A DNA stretch of 64,000 bases from the human T2T-CHM13v2.0 reference genome, Homo sapiens. Where the stretch lies: NCBI RefSeq assembly GCF_009914755.1, contig NC_060948.1. One strand, written 5' to 3'. The position numbers and the translations under genes were made by a program. Positions 34,236-53,155 of the stretch are shown one piece after another. Each line of letters starts with the position of its first letter. The stretch's first letter is position 1. The notes beneath the pieces are model-generated. The model made no database searches. It was not told the DNA's origin and saw nothing but the letters and a program-made list of their open reading frames with translations.

Positions 34236-34808
34236 GAGCTGATGCTACACACATGGATGGTGATCAGATTGTTGTGGAAATACAAGAAGCAGTTTTTGTT
34301 TCTAATATTGTGGATTCTGACATAACTGTGCATAACTTTGTTCCTGATGACCCAGACTCAGTTGTAATCCAAGATGTTGTTGAAGATGTTGTCATAGAGG
34401 AGGATGTTCAGTGCTCAGATATCTTAGAAGAGGCAGATGTATCTGAAAATGTCATCATTCCTGAGCAAGTGCTGGACTCAGATGTAACTGAAGAAGTTTC
34501 TTTACCACACTGCACAGTCCCAGATGATGTTTTAGCTTCTGACATTACTTCAACCTCAATGTCTATGCCAGAACATGTTTTAACGAGTGAATCCATGCAT
34601 GTGTGTGACATTGGACATGTTGAACATATGGTGCATGATAGTGTAGTGGAAGCAGAAATCATTACTGATCCTCTGACGAGTGACATAGTTTCAGAAGAAG
34701 TATTGGTAGCAGACTGTGCCCCTGAAGCAGTCATAGATGCCAGCGGGATCTCAGTGGACCAGCAAGATAATGACAAAGCCAGCTGTGAGGACTACCTAAT
34801 GATTTCGT
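34236..34808 (+). CDS. ZFY: ZFY coding exon 2 (573 nt; N-terminal part of the acidic activation domain)
   Basis: TTTAAG|GAGCTGATG...ATTTCGT|GTAAGT; encodes [19 protein letters not shown]...DYLMIS; phase 1-1. Confidence 0.96.
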
Positions 34809-37149
34809 GTAAGTCATGGGGTACAGTGATTTTAAGCAATGTTTTTGAAACCTGTGTTTTCTAACATAAATAATGGTGAAATTTTATTGAGTTTAACTTC
34901 TGTAAAGTTAAAGTAGAAATGATAAACCTACATGCATTGTTGCTTAGTTTGCATCCCAGAAGATAAACCGTAATTAAGTGACATGGTGCAGAAGAGAGTT
35001 ATTTCTATATTAGGATAGAACATAAGGATGAAAGAATAAGAAATGAAAATAACAGAATTGAGTCTTATGAAATCATACAAAGTATGATTGGTCTGTTACT
35101 CACCTTCAGATTTATCCCTGAGACTTGTAATCAGTTTTTTTAAAGTCTTTTTATTATGTAGTCATTTCACTTTCCCCTTTTTTTCTACCTTATTGTCCGT
35201 TTTCTCTTTAAGTAATGATTTTTTGTTGTTGTTTAATTCATTACTGGCTTTGGAGTTAAATCTAGTGAATTCTCTGAAATACAGTGGTCTCACCAAGACC
35301 ATCAACCACTAATTTATTTAGGTTTGAAATTGATTTCAAATTTTACATTGTACTAGTTTTATGTTTTGCTCACTAATCCTCATGGGATGCTGGCTTTGTT
35401 GATTGTGTTTATAACTTTGTCAACCAGAACATGACTGGACATACTTTTGCTTATGCAGCAGCTGCTGTAGTCATTCTGTTACTAAAATCCCTGACTCTGT
35501 GTCTCTAATATTTTTAACTTCAATATCTAGGTATATTTTCTACGTTAATATGGTTACAACTTACGGAATCATTGTGTCATTTACCTGCTGATTTAAATAA
35601 TTTAGTTATCCTAATTGACCAGTTCATTACTACGGTCTTTGGAATGAAGTTTTATAGTGTAGATTTAGTTTAGAGCATTCCCATTAATATTAAATACCGC
35701 CTACACTCCTCTTCCTGTGTCTTTGAGCATAGCACAGCAAAAGAGTTGTGCAGGCATTTTCGTGGGCACAGGGAGAGTAGGCATTTACCTCTTATATGAT
35801 CAAGTGTACCATTATGGCCTAGTTTTCTGATAATGATAATTTTCTACCTCCCTCTGAACCTGCTTAATGATTTTAAACAGCCTCATTCAACTGATTTAAT
35901 AAACATTTATTTCTGTGTGTAAAAACTTATTCTATGAAGTGTTTAAATATTTAAGATTAATAATTTACAGTTTTTGACCTTCGGTTTATAACCTGGTGTG
36001 CCCAAAAAAAGGGGGAGTAAGGTGGTGTTTAGCTCTTTGAAAATGTAATAATAAATATTTTTATATGCTGAATTTATCTAGCTATTTCAATTTTTTTTTT
36101 GCTAGCTCTTGTTTCTTCCAGAAGAAATATCTACTCTCATGCTGCATTTGTAATTAAAAATCCTGTAGGGCTGAGGGTAAGGGGACATATTTAGGGTTGA
36201 CAGGTTTTTCTTAAAGTATATAAAGGAAGTACGGTCTGATTTTATATTAATATAGAGAATACTGAGAATACTGTCATTGACAGTAAGCTTTAATGCTTTC
36301 CATAATGTTATGAGAGTTGGTAATATCTTTTACATTCTTTAATATAGTTATTTAATACATAGATTAAAGGTTTTAAAACATTGTTTAAGTACACTTTACA
36401 ATCTAAAATATGTTACTGGATTTAAGAGCTTATTTCTGTCTTTAGTAGCAGGTTTTTCTCCTCTGAATGTCTCATTTAAAATGATGAGAGAGTCCTCTAT
36501 GGTATCACAGTAGTATATCTGCACAAAAGTGCTCACTGTTACACCCTAAGTGCTATTGAGATCAACATGACCTCTTTATATACTCTTTACAGTATAGATG
36601 TTACTATTGGCTTTTAAGTTGATTATATCATCTTTAAGGACAGGTCCCCCTCAAACCTGTGCATATTTGGTATAAAATATTTGTTGAGTGAACACTTAGG
36701 TGAACTTTATAGCTGAACGTTTGTGCATATCATGTCTCATCCAAAGGGCATCTAGTTAGTTGTTTTAGCAATCTACCTGGTGTTTCTAATAAATTATGAC
36801 TTTGGTCATAGTGAACATTCAGTGATTAAATGAATAAATGAAGCCCAATCCTCATATCTAAAGCAGAAAGCCTATGGATCAATACAGTTTGATGATTTGT
36901 TTAATGATTCTAGTGGCTATTAGAGCAGAATAGGGCTGGTAAAGTAGTTGTTTATTGTAATTATTTTATATTTTTTGTATATACACATTGCATATATTAA
37001 TTTTGCTTATCCTTCTGTTCTATAACTCATTATTAGACGTATATATCTAAATATATATATATATGTTTTAAGCTACCTACTAGTTTTGCTTTGTTTTGTA
37101 AAACCATTTGGCAAAATGGTACCAAATGCAAGAATTTTAAAAATGTATA

Positions 37150-41773
<4,624 letters not shown>

Positions 41774-41899
41774 TGTTTTCATCTTTTATAGCAGGTGACA
41801 GTAGATAATATCTTTACAATATGATTCCTACCTATTATTTTTATCGTATTTTTCTTAGAGTATTTTAAAATCTTCTCTTGAATTAATAGACATTTAATT

Positions 41900-43000
41900 G
41901 ATCATCATTCATATAACAAATTGAATGTTAGATAGTTACTAAGGCTAGACAGTATTGTCAAGTCTTGAGATACATCAGTGCACAAAATAGAGATTCCTTT
42001 CTCTCATCATTGTGGACTTGTAGTATGGCTGTACCTGTATCAAATTATTTAAATGTATATTAGAATGTGTCTTGGGAAAGTAGAAGAGTTTAATCAAAAT
42101 GATTGTGAGTTTCAGAGATGGTCAAGGATGCCTTGCTGGAAGGATGACAGTTTGTCATAGACTTCAGTTTGAGTTGTATCATAAACTTCAAAAAGGAAAT
42201 GCATGTATTAATCTTAGTAGAGAGGACAGTGACAGTTTGCATCAAATGCAGCAACTTAGGCAAGTCAGATGAGGACTCAGAATTGGTCATGTATGTCTTT
42301 GGTGAACAGATTCAGTGAAATCATGGACAAAAGCTTGATGGAAGTATTAAATAAGTTTAGAGAAAGAATGTGCAATGAGAATCACTGGAGATATGAAACA
42401 GTTGCTTGCAGGAGAAGTGGGATCAAGAGGAGATGGAATTTTTGTTTGTTTTAGTGTTGTTTCAAGAGAAAAAGCTTATTTGTTTCCTGATGGGAGTGTT
42501 CCTTTACTGGGTGATAGATAAATTGATGGTTTAAGGGATAACTGCAAAAAAACAGAAAAGAGAAGGTATAATTTAGTGCTTATGTGGAGGTATTGTTTTT
42601 AAGTGGAAAGGAACACTGCTTGTCTGTGGCAGTGTGCAGGAAATACAAAGTTTGTGAATTAGTTGTTGACAGTAGGACAGATGTGGCAGACAGCAGATCA
42701 TCTTTTCTGTTTTGGGTTCTTCGTAAGGTGGGAAATAAGATCAACAGGCAGGCAGTATTGGAATTTTAAGAAAAATATGGCAAATAGCATCTACTCAAGA
42801 TTCATATTGTATATTTAAAGATGATGCTATCTACATCATGCTTTTTTTTTCTATCTAGACTTAGCTGCATAGATGTAGATGCTGACATAAATTATATCAG
42901 GCAGGTTTGTGGTTTTGCCAGCCAAGTATTATGAAATCAGTCAGGGGCATAGGAGTTGAAAAAATATGCAAGAGAACAGTTAGAATGACCAGCCATGGAA
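41900..43000. mobile_element. Degenerate L2-like sequence
   Basis: CATTCATATAACAAATTGAATG...AGGCTAGACAGTATTGTCAAGTCTTGAGATACATCAGTG resembles an L2 3' end. Weak. Confidence 0.4.
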
Positions 43001-44948
43001 TTAAGCTGTTTTACTTGTTCAAATTGCTATAAAATTTTTGTTTAAAAGTAACATTTCAATTTTAATTTTAAACTTGTATTTGTCCTTTCTGTTCTTTTAC
43101 TTATATATATGCATTGAGAAATATCTGAATAATATTATTGTAAATTCTATTCATATTTCAGATGGTTTGTTTTTGAGCACTCTTTAATTTTTAAGTAGTT
43201 TCTTAAATATTAAAGTGGATCATCTCAAGAAAAAGCTATCTTTTAGGGCAAAGTTGAAGAAGCATAAGGGAATAAATAATAAAATAGTATTGTTTAAATT
43301 TGGGGCCCATGAGATATTGAGGACAATAATACTGTAAAGACCAAAGGAGTTTGGGCAGATTTTGGTTGCTAGACTGTGCAATTTGTATTTTACTTGGTAG
43401 GAAAAGGAGTGCTAGAGACTAGGGCTGGAGGGTAAAGTAACTGGATCTTTCTTTTAAGAAGACAGAAAATTGATACCAATTTTCTTGATACCATTGATAC
43501 CAATGTCAGGGTGTTTGGTTGGAAACCTTAGGAGAGAGAAATCAGGTAAACTGTTTGTTTCTGAGGTTGGTGGTAAATGAACTTTAACAACCTGGTTTTG
43601 AAAGATGAGACAATTTGAGTGGAGAGGCACAAGCCATGTTCTTGCATTGTAAGACTGCAAAGCAAAAGAATAGCAACGTTTTTATGATATTAATTTAGAC
43701 AAAATGCAGTCCAGTGGAAATCCAACATCCAATTTTTTTTGTCAGCAAAACTGTAATTCTTTTTCTGAGGAAAACAAAGAGAAGTGAGATAACATGACTA
43801 GCTAAAAATTAAGCTGTGAATTATAAAGACAGACATCCTTCTCATTTCCTCACCTCTCCCTTTCGTAGCTGATTGGCTTGTGTTATTACAGCAGGTTTTA
43901 CTAGCATTATTGGAATCTTTAACTCCCTAGCTTGTTTCATGCCCTTCCAATTACCTCTCCAGCTTTTACTACTTAGGTTAATTTGTGAATTCTTTCTTGC
44001 CCCTGCCTTAAATTGTAATCTCACTGGGACTGTGATTTTCTTTACACTCATGATTTCTTTACAGCTCATGATTTTCTTTACACTGCAGTTTGCTGATGGC
44101 TTCCAAATTGGTGTTGATCTTCAGCTTTCAGAGTTGAATATTCTGTAGGTGGCTTCATATGTCATTCATTCCGTCTTCTCAGTTTATTCTTAAATATGAC
44201 CCAACTCCAGCCTTTATCCCAATTTATACTACCTCTGTCCTGATTCAAGGCTTCATTATCTGTCACCTAAATGTACTTGAAGCTGTAGTGCCCTGCTTCA
44301 TTTCTTGATCTCTTCAAATCTGCTTTTTTATAAGGCCAGCAGGATGCTTTGGCAAAAATACTGATCTTAGTGACTGGTCTTTTTAAAAGCAGAAATTATC
44401 AGATCTCTGATAAGAATCCCCAAGAGTAGGATACCTTGAAGTCTATTTTGTATACAAGTTCATTCCATACCTGCAGATCTGGTTTTAATCAGATTGAGAA
44501 ACTTGCAGTCTACCAGAATTAAGTTTGAGCCCCTCTGCCTGGTGCATAAAGTCCTCCATGACCTGGTTTTGCTTTACCTGTAGTTCACATTTCCCACTAT
44601 GGCCTAATTTGCAGCAGTATTGAAGAACACACTCTCTTACTGTCCTGTCCCCCTACCTGCTGTATCCTTTGCATAGAATAAGTGCCATTCTCTTCCAGTC
44701 TACATAACGTACCTTCACTTTTTTTTGTGGCAGCTGTTATTGCACTTTGCAACATTTGCCAAAACGTTTCTGACTCCCCAGCCTGTTTTATAGTAACACT
44801 CATATGGACACCTTGAAAATTTATAAAATATTATTTCATTGGATGAGAAAATGAATCAATTTTAATAAAAATAATTTACACCAATGTTAACATTAAAGAT
44901 TGCACTAGAGTTCAAAATTAGTATATTTTTATGTTTAAAGAAATTTTA

Positions 44949-47900
44949 GGCCAAGTGCAGTGGCCTGAGCCTGTAATCCCAGCACTTTGGGAGACTGAGG
45001 CAAGTGGATCACTTGAGGTCGGGAAGTTCAAGACCAGCCTGGCTAATATGGCAAAACCCCATCTCTACTAAAAATGCAAAAATTAACAATGCTTGATGGC
45101 AATGCCTGTAATCGCAGCTATTTGGGAGGCAGAGGCAGGAGAGTCACTTGAACTTGGGAGTTGCCGTGAGCTGAGATAGCGCCAGTGCACTCCAGCCTGA
45201 GTAACTGAGACTCCTATCTCAAAAAAAAAAAAAAAAAAAAGAGAGATTTTAACTTTTTCTTCTAAGTAATCTTTTAAATTTACTTTAAGGAATCAGGTAG
45301 TGTCTAAGTGACATTTTGTTTTGAAGACAAGTGTATATTAAAATGTGATTTGCCAATGTTACTGTATCCAAAATAGACAAAAAAACTCTTTTCCCCATTG
45401 TTTTGGGTTCTTACATCTTGTGTTTAAGTAGTTAAGTTTTAGTTGCTTTTAGTAGCCCAGTGTTTCAAGTTCTCATATTGTAGGTTAAGTAGTTAGATTT
45501 TATAATATCCGTGTTTGTAACAAGGAGATGCTATTTGAAAGTAGTCCATAATTTCTAGTAAGAAACTAAATTATATCGTCATTGTATTTTTGTTTTTTTT
45601 ATGTTGGCTTTAGATAATTTTGATTAGACAAATATAGTTTTGGATCTTTTGAAGAACAAGACGGGGAATTTGAAAAGTATGCAGAGATTTCAAAATCTAA
45701 ATTCTGTGTTTATAAGCCACTGCTGAAAGTTAAGACTAAGAATTTAAAACCTAAAATAGTCAAAACTATTACCATTGCCTTTTGTAAGTAATGCTTATTG
45801 TAGTTGAGTTGTGAATACATTTATCTGCTCTACACTAATGAAAAACATCTTTTGTTATACTGTTCTTTATTTCTTACAAAAAATTATTATTGCCTCTAAC
45901 AATTTAAACTTAACAGCATTCTTCAAACACCAGAGGTTGATGGTGGTTTCTTGTGAATTACATGGATCAAGATTTGAATTCTGGTTTTGCCAGTTACTAG
46001 ATGTGTGACCTTAGATAAATCATTCAAGTTTTCTAAACTTCAGTTTGCTTTACTGTAAAATGTCGACAGTATTATAGCACTTCCTCATGGAGTTATGAGT
46101 ATTAAGTAATGCTTTCAGTAATCACTTAATAAAAAGTAACTACATTATTATGATCACATTTTAAAATAATCATCTGTTCACCTGTCTGCTTTTTCACTGA
46201 ATTACAAATTTCTTGGGTCCATTACTTTTTTTTTTTTTTTTTGGAGACAGCCTTTCTCTGTTGCCCATGTTTGCGTGCAGTGGTGAGATCTTAGCTCACT
46301 GCAACCTCTGCCTCCTGGGTTTAAACGATTCTTGTGCCTCGGACTCCCAAGAAGCTGGGATTACAGGCATGTGTCATTATGCCCAGCTAATTTTTGTATT
46401 TTCAGTAGAAAACATGTTTTGCCATGTTGGCCAGGCTGGCCTCAAGCAATCCACTCACGTCCACCTCCCAAAGCCCTGGGATTACAGGTGTGAGTCACCA
46501 CGCCTGGCCTTGGGTCAGTTTCTTTTAAAGTTTGCACCTCTAATACTTGCCCAGAGTCTGATTGATAGTTGTGAATCATTGTTTAATTGACTTAAACATA
46601 AACATTTAGCCAAAAGGATAATGAAATATATTCAGCAGAGGATTACAAAAACAAAACTAAAATGGGAAAGGGGAAATGAAAAAACTTCTTGGGGTCCTCC
46701 TCCTCTGTGGTTGGTCTCTTGCTGTGTCATACTGACCAGGTGGGCCCAGAACAGAGAGAACATTACTTAGTGTTTCTCTAATGGACCAAACATTGAAAAA
46801 TCCAATTTTTGTGATAAATTAAATTGTACTATGTGCTATGTGTTCATTAGTCTGTGCCACACTTTCTGTTATGCTAAAGATAGTAGTCAGTGCCCACAGT
46901 GGTGTGTAGTGTAAGGTTACATTATATGGGGGTTGTATTTTTGGTATTTACTGCAATCCAGAATGTATTTTTTAAGACATTATTTTTTACTTTTGTTAAT
47001 TTTGAAGTCCCAAGCATAACACCACACTTGATTCCCTTACCGTGTAACACTTAAAAGTTTGTTGTAGATTCCCTGAGCCCACTGTTGGAAATCATATGTT
47101 CACTTTATCGGTAAGTAAGGATTCTTTTTTTTTTTTTTAATACATAAACATGAAACAGGCTGCCTTAAGTATTTAAGAAGATACTTAAGTATACATCTTA
47201 CTGTATTTGCCAGCAGTAGACCCAGACTCATTAGAACTCATATATATGTTTTGTGTGTGTGGTTTTTTTTAAAAATGCATGTGTGTGTAGTGTTAGGTTT
47301 GAACAGGTTAATATCAGAATTTACAACTATTTTTATATTTATTTATTTATTTATTTATTTATTGAGACAGTTTCACTCTGTCATCCAGACTGGAGTACAG
47401 TGGTGCAATCTTGACTCACTGCAACCTCTGCCTCCCGGGTTCAAGTGATTTTCCTGCCTCAGCCTCCTGAGTAGCTGGTACTACAGGCTCCTGCCACCAT
47501 GCCCAACTCATTTTTTTGCATTTTTAGTGGAGACAGAGGTTTCACTATGTTGGCCAGGCTGGTCTCAAACTCCTGACCTCAGGTGATCCGCTGCATCGGC
47601 CTCCCAAAGTGCTGGGATTACAGACATGTGCCACCATGGCCAGCCAGAATTTATGTTTCTGACAACCATATTTTGATTTTTAAAAAGTTTATGATTCTCA
47701 TAGAACAGATAAGACAATTGTATTCAGAAGTACTGAATGTTAGGTAATGCTCATAAAATATATTAGGACTAGTGTGTACTGAATTTACTAGTAGGACATT
47801 ATTTTTCAGATCTTCAAGAACATTGGTAAGCTGGATGCAGTGGCTCAAGCTTGTAATCCCAGCATTTTGTGAGGCTGAGGTGGGAGGATTGCTTGAGCCC

Positions 47901-48125
47901 AAGAGTTGGAGATAAGCTAGAGAAAACCAGTGAGACCTTGTCTGTACAAAGAAATAAAAAAATTAGCTGAGCATGGTGGCATACGCCTTTTGTCCCAGCT
48001 ACTCAAGTAGGCTGAGACAGGAGGATTGTTTGAGTTCTGGAGGTCAAAGGTGCAGTGAACTATAATTGTGCCACTGTACTCTAGCCTGAATGACAGAAAA
48101 AGAAAAGACCCCATCTCAAAAAATA
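44949..48125. mobile_element. Alus (44949-45240 +, 46225-46510 -, 47335-47645 -, 47830-48125 +) and a MIR (about 45950-46130)
   Basis: Alu consensus motifs; MIR core TGTGTGACCTTAGATAAATCATTCAAG...CAGTTTGCTTTACTGTAAAATG. Confidence 0.85.
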
Positions 48126-48256
48126 AAACAGAATACTTGTAATATTGTATGCTTTTACTTTATGATAAACAAAGATGACATATGTCCTTTCATTAGTTTT
48201 CTTAAGTTTTAAAGAATCTGCTGTTATGGTTGATGATATATTTTCTGCCTTTTCAG

Positions 48257-48406
48257 TGGATGATGCTGGCAAAATAGAACATGATGGTTCCACTGGAGTG
48301 ACCATCGATGCAGAATCAGAAATGGATCCTTGTAAAGTGGATAGCACTTGTCCTGAAGTCATCAAGGTGTACATTTTTAAAGCTGACCCTGGAGAAGATG
48401 ACTTAG
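48257..48406 (+). CDS. ZFY: ZFY coding exon 3 (150 nt): -DDAGKIEHDG...ADPGEDDL-
   Basis: TTTCAG|TG...TTAG|GTAAGA; in frame. Confidence 0.95.
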
Positions 48407-48672
48407 GTAAGAGGAAGCTGTCAGCATTTTATACATTGTCATCCAAATGTTTCAACCAAATGGTGTCAAAAAAAGTAAACAGGTTACTTTTTTTCATTGA
48501 TACTTAACATTTAGTTTAGGTTATTTAGATTGGAAAATTTGAACTCTTTTCCAAAGACAACTTTTAAGACATATTTTTGAGTTAGTAATATAAAAATACA
48601 CTAAAACGTGTAAGCAAAATATGTGAAAATGAACTCTCAAATAATTTTTGGAGCTTTCATATTCTCTGATAG

Positions 48673-48816
48673 GTGGAACTGTAGACATTGTGGAGAGTGA
48701 ACCTGAAAATGATCATGGAGTTGAACTACTTGATCAGAACAGCAGTATTCGTGTTCCCAGGGAAAAGATGGTTTATATGACTGTCAATGACTCTCAACAA
48801 GAAGATGAAGATTTAA
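48673..48816 (+). CDS. ZFY: ZFY coding exon 4 (144 nt): -GTVDIVESEP...QQEDEDL-
   Basis: GATAG|GT...TTAA|GTATGT; in frame. Confidence 0.95.
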
Positions 48817-48830
48817 GTATGTGGCTTTTT

Positions 48831-49572
<742 letters not shown>

Positions 49573-49831
49573 AGCTGTCGTCTTTTTTTTTAATGTAACC
49601 AATATTTGAAAAAAAATAAGCAGCGCTGTTGTAGAGATTACTGTGTTGCCGTATTCCAAGAATAGATATCAGTGACTATGTATGTTTTGATAGTTGCTTT
49701 ATAAACTAATTATGGTGAAAGCCAAGAAACGAATAATTCAACCAATGTTTATTTTTTCCTACTAATGAATTTTTTCTGTGTGATCTCTGTAAACCTAGTC
49801 ACAAAAAATTTTTTATTTATTTTGTGCTTAG

Positions 49832-49984
49832 ATGTTGCTGAAATTGCTGATGAAGTTTATATGGAAGTGATCGTAGGAGAGGAGGATGCTGCTGTTGCAG
49901 CAGCAGCAGCTGCTGTGCATGAGCAGCAAATTGATGAGGATGAAATGAAAACCTTCGTACCAATTGCATGGGCAGCAGCTTATG
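49832..49984 (+). CDS. ZFY: ZFY coding exon 5 (153 nt): -VAEIADEVYMEVIVGEEDAAVAAAAAAVHEQQ...WAAAY-
   Basis: CTTAG|AT...TATG|GTAACT; contains a short poly-Ala tract. Confidence 0.95.
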
Positions 49985-50056
49985 GTAACTTACATAGAAG
50001 CCAGAAGGATTGAGTAGTTTTTGAACATTAATTCACTGTTGAAAGTGGTTTCTGTT

Positions 50057-50990
<934 letters not shown>

Positions 50991-51101
50991 AGGACTTTCT
51001 GTCATTCATGAGTGTCAGGACTTCTTGTTGTTAATAAAGAATTCGTAATTCTTTAGAATTTATAATGTTGTGTAATTCTGTGTTTTAATGCACATTGTTA
51101 G

Positions 51102-51242
51102 GTAATAATTCTGATGGAATTGAAAACCGGAATGGCACTGCAAGTGCCCTCTTGCACATAGATGAGTCTGCTGGCCTTGGCAGACTGGCTAAACAGAAAC
51201 CAAAGAAAAAGAGAAGACCTGATTCCAGGCAGTACCAAACAG
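51102..51242 (+). CDS. ZFY: ZFY coding exon 6 (141 nt) with basic [11 protein letters not shown]
   Basis: GTTAG|GT...ACAG|GTGAGT; encodes [11 protein letters not shown]...[17 protein letters not shown]. Confidence 0.95.
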
Positions 51243-51971
51243 GTGAGTTCCACAGGGGTGTTATGATGGAGTTTTAGCTAGTAGGCCACATGTATTTTTA
51301 TGTGTTGAATTTGAAAGAAAAAATTTCAAAATTCAGTGATATTCATGAATGGTTTTCTTGGATAAGAAGAAACAGTTGTGCATCAACCATTCAGGAAAAA
51401 GAATTAAAATCCTCTGGTGATTTTAGTGAAAAGGAAAATAAATTTCTAAAATGTTACCTAACTTTAAGTGAACGAAATTACATGGATCTACTTATACTAG
51501 CATAAAGCAGGTATAATTTACCGAGAAGTGGAAGAAGTACCTAGGTTATTTGTAGGACTGATTACTATCCTATGTTGTTTTGAATGCTGCTTTGCATATT
51601 AAAATTTATTTATAGGTGCAGTTAAGCTTTACTGTTTGCATATATTTGGCTTGGAGTCAGTCACCAAAGCAGAAATGCTGGACTTGATTTTTATGAGTTA
51701 TTTGCTACACATTTCTAAATTCATGTTCTTTTGTCACTGCTTGATTGATTTTTTTTTTTTAACTGGAGGGGGTGAGATTGGTTCATACTTAACCAAACCA
51801 GTTCTCTCGATTAGGACATTATTATAACTCTTAACATTGAAAAGCAGTAAAAGGAATGTTAATAATTTAAAAGTATTTGCCCACTAATGTTCAGAACACA
51901 AGCTTTAAAAAATTCATGAGGAGACCAGAAGTTTGATTAAGCACTCATACTGCTTTCTTTTCCTTTCTTAG

Positions 51972-53155
51972 CAATAATTATTGGCCCTGATGGTCATCCT
52001 TTGACTGTCTATCCTTGCATGATTTGTGGGAAGAAGTTTAAGTCGAGGGGTTTTTTGAAAAGACACATGAAAAACCATCCTGAACACCTTGCCAAGAAGA
52101 AGTACCACTGTACTGACTGTGATTACACTACCAATAAGAAGATAAGTTTACATAACCACCTGGAGAGCCACAAGCTGACCAGCAAGGCAGAGAAGGCCAT
52201 TGAATGTGATGAGTGTGGGAAGCATTTTTCTCATGCAGGGGCTTTGTTTACTCACAAAATGGTGCATAAGGAAAAAGGGGCCAACAAAATGCACAAGTGT
52301 AAATTCTGTGAATATGAGACAGCTGAACAGGGGTTATTGAATCGCCACCTCTTGGCAGTCCACAGCAAGAACTTTCCTCATATTTGTGTGGAGTGTGGTA
52401 AAGGTTTCCGACACCCGTCGGAACTGAGAAAGCACATGCGAATCCATACCGGCGAGAAGCCATACCAATGCCAGTACTGTGAATATAGGTCTGCAGACTC
52501 TTCTAACTTGAAAACACATATAAAAACAAAGCATAGTAAAGAGATGCCATTCAAGTGTGACATTTGTCTTCTGACTTTCTCAGATACCAAAGAAGTGCAG
52601 CAACATACTCTTGTCCACCAAGAAAGCAAAACACATCAGTGTTTGCATTGCGACCACAAGAGTTCAAACTCAAGTGATTTGAAACGACATGTAATTTCAG
52701 TTCATACGAAAGACTATCCTCATAAGTGTGAGATGTGCGAGAAAGGCTTTCACAGGCCTTCAGAACTTAAGAAACATGTGGCTGTCCACAAAGGTAAAAA
52801 AATGCACCAATGTAGACATTGTGACTTTAAGATTGCAGACCCATTTGTTCTAAGTCGCCATATTCTCTCAGTTCACACAAAGGATCTTCCATTTAGGTGT
52901 AAGAGATGTAGAAAGGGATTTAGGCAACAAAATGAGCTTAAAAAGCATATGAAGACACACAGTGGCAGGAAAGTATATCAGTGTGAGTACTGTGAGTATA
53001 GCACTACAGATGCCTCAGGCTTTAAACGGCACGTTATTTCCATTCATACAAAAGACTATCCTCATCGGTGTGAGTACTGCAAGAAAGGCTTCCGAAGACC
53101 TTCAGAAAAGAACCAGCACATAATGAGACACCATAAAGAAGTTGGTCTGCCCTAA
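51972..53155 (+). CDS. ZFY: ZFY last coding exon: 13 C2H2 zinc fingers, stop TAA at 53153-53155
   Basis: Polypyrimidine tract and TTAG|CA; encodes [21 protein letters not shown]...HHKEVGLP*. I counted 13 CxxC...HxxxH/HxxxxH units. Confidence 0.97.

Noticed and set aside
34408-34776. 122-aa antisense ORF, and the short antisense ORFs at 52248-52629
   Set aside because: Shadow ORFs opposite real ZFY exons, with no independent support.
34809-34864. ORF-track extension [18 protein letters not shown]
   Set aside because: Read-through past the GTAAGT donor; intronic, with no canonical poly(A) signal nearby.
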